Origin: an uncultured Planctomycetales bacterium
Lineage (GTDB): Bacteria > Omnitrophota > Gorgyraeia > Zapsychrales > JANLHA01
Direction of reading: 5' to 3'
DNA: 39,711 bases
Assembly: GCA_964574575.1 (NCBI GenBank)
Contig: CAZNNZ010000003.1
Coordinates: forward strand, 1-39,711
A program made the translations under genes and the position numbers. The notes beneath the pieces were generated by a model. That model was not told the DNA's origin. It searched no databases and worked only from the letters and a program-made list of their open reading frames with translations. Below are positions 35,426-39,711 of the stretch, piece by piece (the first letter of the stretch is position 1; each line of letters starts with the position of its first letter).

Positions 35426-37078
35426 TTAAACTTTCACTTCTTGATACGCTTCTTTGACAATCGCCATAGCTTGATCCTGAATCATTTTAAGATGTTTTTC
35501 GCTTCGAAAACTCTCGGCATAAATTTTACAAATATCTTCCGTGCCCGACGGACGAGCGGCAAACCATCCACCTTGTGTCACAACCTTTAATCCGCCAATC
35601 TCTGCATCATTGCCGGGCGCTTTTGTAAACTTAGACAAAATCGGATCGCCGGCCAAATCTTTAGCGGCAATATCTTCAGGGGAAAGTTTTTTAAGGGCGG
35701 CTTTCTCTGTGCCAGAAGCCGGCATATCGATTCTTTGATAAAAGGCCTTGCCCAATCTCTCTTCTATTTCTTTATAAATTTCTCCGGGATCCTTGCCCAT
35801 TTTTGCCGTTATCTCGCAAGCCAAAAGATCCATCACGATCCCATCTTTGTCCGTGGTCCAAACCGTGCCGTCACGCCTTAAAAAAGAAGCTCCCGCGCTT
35901 TCCTCTCCAACAAAACCCAGCGACCCATCAATTAATCCATCGACAAACCATTTAAAACCGACAGGAACTTCATAAACTCGTCTGCCCAGCGATGCGGCTA
36001 CACGATCGATCATCGATGTCGAAACCAGCGTTTTGCCCACCGCCGCATCTTTTTTCCACTGCGGCCTGTTTTGAAATAGATACTCTGCACAAACAGACAA
36101 AAAATGATTCGGGTTTAAAAGCCCCACACTTTTTGTGACAATGCCATGACGATCCGCATCCGGGTCATTAGCAAAAGCAATGTCAAATTTATCTTTCAAC
36201 CCAATAAGGCCGGCCATGGCATACGGCGAGGAACAATCCATCCGAATTTTTCCGTCGTGGTCAAGGCTCATAAATGAAAAGGTTGGGTCCACCGCGGGGT
36301 TGACAACTTCGATATTTAAACCATACCGCTGTGCAATTAAATCAAAAAACTCGACGGCCGCGCCTCCCAGTGGGTCTGCGCCAATTTTAAGATTAGCTTT
36401 AGCAATAACATCCATATCGACGACATTTTCAAGATCTGCAATGTAGGGCGTCATATAATCGTATTCTTTTGTCGAATTCACTTTCATGGCTTTTTCAAAA
36501 GAAACCCTTTTAACATCCTTTAAACCATCAGCAATTATTTGGTTGGCGCTTTGTTCAATAATGCGGGTCGTCGTAGGATCCGCAGGCCCGCCCTGCAGAG
36601 TATTGTACTTAAATCCTCCATCTTCGGGGGGATTATGCGAAGGCGTAATAACAACACCGTCGGCCCAGCCTTGAGTTTTTCCAATGTTATACGTAAGAAT
36701 AGCATGCGAGATAACCGGCGTTGGCGTATAGCCGCGTCCTTTTTGAAACATAACCACAACATCATTGGCGGCAAAAACCTCCAAGGCGCTAATGAAAGCC
36801 GGCTCTGAAAGGGCATGCGTATCCATGCCGATAAAAAGAGGACCGTTGATATTTTGTGATTTACGGTAATTACAAATGGCTTGACTGATAGCGAGAATGT
36901 GTTGCTCGTTAAAATTATTTTTTAATGAACAACCTCGATGACCGGAAGTTCCAAAAGCAACTTTTTGCGCTGGGTCAGAAACATCGGGTTTTTGGCAATA
37001 ATACGCACTGATTAATCTTGGGATATTAGCCAACAGTGTTCGTGGGGCAAGTTTTCCGGCAAGTTTATGAATACTCAT
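35426..37078 (-). CDS. pgm: Phosphoglucomutase (alpha-D-glucose-phosphate specific, E. coli Pgm type)
   Basis: Near-colinear with E. coli Pgm as I recall it: [22 protein letters not shown]-like [70 protein letters not shown]. 550 aa. Confidence 0.95.
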   Translation of the reverse strand: MSIHKLAGKLAPRTLLANIPRLISAYYCQKPDVSDPAQKVAFGTSGHRGCSLKNNFNEQHILAISQAICNYRKSQNINGPLFIGMDTHALSEPAFISALEVFAANDVVVMFQKGRGYTPTPVISHAILTYNIGKTQGWADGVVITPSHNPPEDGGFKYNTLQGGPADPTTTRIIEQSANQIIADGLKDVKRVSFEKAMKVNSTKEYDYMTPYIADLENVVDMDVIAKANLKIGADPLGGAAVEFFDLIAQRYGLNIEVVNPAVDPTFSFMSLDHDGKIRMDCSSPYAMAGLIGLKDKFDIAFANDPDADRHGIVTKSVGLLNPNHFLSVCAEYLFQNRPQWKKDAAVGKTLVSTSMIDRVAASLGRRVYEVPVGFKWFVDGLIDGSLGFVGEESAGASFLRRDGTVWTTDKDGIVMDLLACEITAKMGKDPGEIYKEIEERLGKAFYQRIDMPASGTEKAALKKLSPEDIAAKDLAGDPILSKFTKAPGNDAEIGGLKVVTQGGWFAARPSGTEDICKIYAESFRSEKHLKMIQDQAMAIVKEAYQEVKV

Positions 37079-38712
37079 TTTTTCATTTTTCGATAACGGT
37101 TAATAAGATTATTTGTTGACCCATCGTGTTTAAGATCAGGCGTTTGGGGACTTTCTAACTGCGAAACAATGCGCTGGGCCAAAACTTTACCGAGTTCAAC
37201 ACCCCATTGATCAAACGAGTCAATGTTCCAAATGACACCTTGCACAAAAACACAATGTTCATAAAGAGCAATGAGTTTACCCAAAATCTCTGGCGTAAGT
37301 TGTGTCGCAAAAATTGTGTTAGACGGTCGATTGCCTTCAAAAACCCGATGCGGCACAAGCCACGACGGCGTGCCTTCGGCTTTGACTTCTTGTGCAGTTT
37401 TACCAAAAGCCAAAGCTTGAGATTGAGCAAAAACATTTGCGATGAGAATATCGTGATGTCGTCCCAAGGCAGTTAAAGGTTTGGCAAACGCAATAAAATC
37501 ACAGGGAATCAAGTGCGTGCCCTGATGCATCAATTGATAAAATGAATGCTGCCCATTGGTTCCCGGTTCTCCCCAATAAATCGGGCTCGTGTCATAAGAC
37601 ACACTCTTGCCGTCGAGAGTTACGTTTTTACCGTTGCTTTCCATCGTCAATTGTTGAAGGTACGCAGGAAATCTTTTCAAATAATTTTCATACGGCAAAA
37701 CCGCGGCGGTTTTTGCCCCAAAAAAATCTGCGTACCAAATCCCCAAGAGTCCCAACAAGACGGGCAAGTTTTTTTCAAATTCAGCGCTACGGAAATGTTC
37801 GTCCATCTGATGAAAGCCGTTTAGCATGGCACGAAAATTTTTGGGGCCAATGGCAAGCATCGTCGAAAGACCGATTGCCGAATCCATCGAATAACGTCCT
37901 CCCACCCAATCCCAAAACCCAAACATATTGGTAGTATCGATGCCAAATTCTGAAACTTTTTGGGCATTAGTCGAAACAGCAACAAAATGTTTGGCCACTG
38001 CCTTAACATCGCCGCCTAAACCTGCTAGCAGCCATTGACGTGCAGTTTTAGCATTGGTCATCGTTTCTAAAGTTGTAAATGTTTTTGAAGAAACAATAAA
38101 CATCGTCTCGGCAGGATCAAGGTCTTGCGTCGCTTCAAAAAAATCAATTCCATCGACGTTGGATACAAAACGCAATGTCAAATTTCGCTGGCTATAATGA
38201 CGCAACGCTTCATACGCCATAACCGGACCGAGATCTGATCCCCCGATACCAATGTTAACAATATTTCGGATACTTTTTCCGGTATGCCCTTTCCATTGAC
38301 CACTGCGCACACGGTCAGAAAAATTCTCCATTTTGTCTAAAACTTCGTGTACATCCAAAACAATATTCTTCCCATCAACGAGAATTTCTGCCCCTTTGGG
38401 CGCGCGTAAAGCCACGTGCAAAACCGCCCTGCCTTCGGTGATATTAATCTTCTCACCTTTAAACATCGCATCAATATGAGCCTTTAACCCAGACTCATTG
38501 GCCAATTGAACTAATAATTTCAAAGTTTGGTCCGTAATTCGATTTTTGGAATAATCCAAAAAAAGCCCGACGGCATCGAGCGTCATGCACGTGCCGCGAT
38601 TAGGGTCAGACGCAAAAAGCTTGCGCAAATGCTGTTTGGCGATGCTCTTATGATGGAGCTTAAGCGCCTTCCAGGCTTTGCGTTTGGTCAAAGGCAAAAT
38701 AGTTTTTTTCAT
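37075..38712 (-). CDS. pgi: Glucose-6-phosphate isomerase
   Basis: 545 aa with [43 protein letters not shown] and [14 protein letters not shown] as PGI signatures. Its TGA overlaps the pgm ATG (ATGA at 37075-37078). Confidence 0.95.
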   Translation of the reverse strand: MKKTILPLTKRKAWKALKLHHKSIAKQHLRKLFASDPNRGTCMTLDAVGLFLDYSKNRITDQTLKLLVQLANESGLKAHIDAMFKGEKINITEGRAVLHVALRAPKGAEILVDGKNIVLDVHEVLDKMENFSDRVRSGQWKGHTGKSIRNIVNIGIGGSDLGPVMAYEALRHYSQRNLTLRFVSNVDGIDFFEATQDLDPAETMFIVSSKTFTTLETMTNAKTARQWLLAGLGGDVKAVAKHFVAVSTNAQKVSEFGIDTTNMFGFWDWVGGRYSMDSAIGLSTMLAIGPKNFRAMLNGFHQMDEHFRSAEFEKNLPVLLGLLGIWYADFFGAKTAAVLPYENYLKRFPAYLQQLTMESNGKNVTLDGKSVSYDTSPIYWGEPGTNGQHSFYQLMHQGTHLIPCDFIAFAKPLTALGRHHDILIANVFAQSQALAFGKTAQEVKAEGTPSWLVPHRVFEGNRPSNTIFATQLTPEILGKLIALYEHCVFVQGVIWNIDSFDQWGVELGKVLAQRIVSQLESPQTPDLKHDGSTNNLINRYRKMKK

Positions 38713-38724
38713 TTTTTTTCTCCA

Positions 38725-39327
38725 TTAACGCAGTACAAAAAGCTGCGTATAAACATTTACATAAATCGATTTGGCAATTTCAAAAGCAGACATAAAAAAA
38801 TCAAAAAAAGAAAATTCCGAAAAATTAAGCGCCAGCAAAAGTGAAAACAAAGTTACATTAAAAATGTAAGTCAAACTAAACAAAAACAAATAATGCGGTT
38901 TAAAAACACTGTTGTCTTCTTCAAACTCCGCATGCGCCGAAAGAATCAAGTGCATTGCAAAGGTAAACCCCGCCGCAAACAACAAATAACTCTGGGCCGG
39001 TTTATAATCAAAAAACGCTATCGCAACATAAGTGCCAACTAAAATGATCGTCGGAATAATAGGAACAAAAAGCGGAACTACTGCCGCTAAAAGCGGAATA
39101 GATTTAAAAATATCACCAAAAATCTTTTGCCCAAACTGAAAGATTCCCTGCGGGGTATAAAAAAACAATTGCAAAAGCACATACACGCCCGCGCCCCAGA
39201 GCAAGAAGGGCAACATTTCGCCGATCTCTGGCACTTGACCTATAAACCCAACCGTTATCGCATAACAAATCGGAATAAGAAAAATAGCAAAAATAATTTT
39301 AATGAACATGAAAAATGCATCACGCAT
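38725..39327 (-). CDS. Membrane protein, unknown function (about 6 hydrophobic segments)
   Basis: 200-aa hydrophobic ORF (FIKIIFAIFLIPICYAITVGFIG, LLAAVVPLFVPIIPTIILVGTYVAIAFF...) with an AAGGAG SD upstream. It ends 12 nt before pgi. No family recognised. Confidence 0.65.
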   Translation of the reverse strand: MRDAFFMFIKIIFAIFLIPICYAITVGFIGQVPEIGEMLPFLLWGAGVYVLLQLFFYTPQGIFQFGQKIFGDIFKSIPLLAAVVPLFVPIIPTIILVGTYVAIAFFDYKPAQSYLLFAAGFTFAMHLILSAHAEFEEDNSVFKPHYLFLFSLTYIFNVTLFSLLLALNFSEFSFFDFFMSAFEIAKSIYVNVYTQLFVLR

Positions 39328-39371
39328 AAATCTGCTCCTTATTAAAAAACGTTTTCAAAGACTTTTGAATA

Positions 39372-39711
<340 letters not shown>

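Noticed and set aside
39341-39369. Possible terminator after serS (ttcaaa-gact-tttgaa, followed on the minus strand by a T6 run)
   Set aside because: The stem is only 6 bp and almost entirely A/T, so it is probably too weak. The next gene's SD follows immediately.

Overview
All genes I can support in this 39.7-kb window are on the minus strand: about 30 CDS. I saw no rRNA, tRNA, CRISPR array, transposase or integrase.

In transcription order (high to low coordinates) the genes are:
- serS (3' part, runs off the right edge), then a 200-aa membrane protein
- pgi, pgm, and a CoA-disulfide-reductase/rhodanese fusion
- an RND efflux operon: a TolC-like outer-membrane factor with an extra N-terminal periplasmic-binding-like domain, an MFP lipoprotein, and the RND pump
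- V-type ATPase B and D
- glgP, ldhA, pyk, glgX
- V-type ATPase I, K, E, DUF2764, A
- ppk2, pfk
- a DUF3300 and DUF2950 secreted pair
- a GH63-like (MGH1-like) hydrolase interrupted by one in-frame TAA
- a SulP/STAS transporter
- a K+-channel-like protein followed by two overlapping uncharacterised membrane proteins
- a 355-bp AT-rich spacer holding a dense cluster of GC-rich stem-loops
- a small signal-peptide protein that runs off the left edge and is absent from the ORF track

The most interesting observations are:
1. The bacterial 7-gene V-ATPase operon is split and permuted. It is interleaved with glycogen-catabolic, glycolytic and polyphosphate genes in one tightly packed array, with several ATGA stop/start overlaps, including atpA/ppk2.
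2. The RND outer-membrane factor is fused to a periplasmic-binding-like domain.
3. A three-gene membrane cassette is headed by a TLGYGD channel.
4. The stem-loop cluster at 460-645 is not explained by canonical terminators.
5. The GH63-like gene carries an in-frame TAA.

Taxonomy cannot be fixed from this window. All three standard stop codons are used as stops. Functional calls rest on recognised motifs and recalled family consensus, not on database searches.
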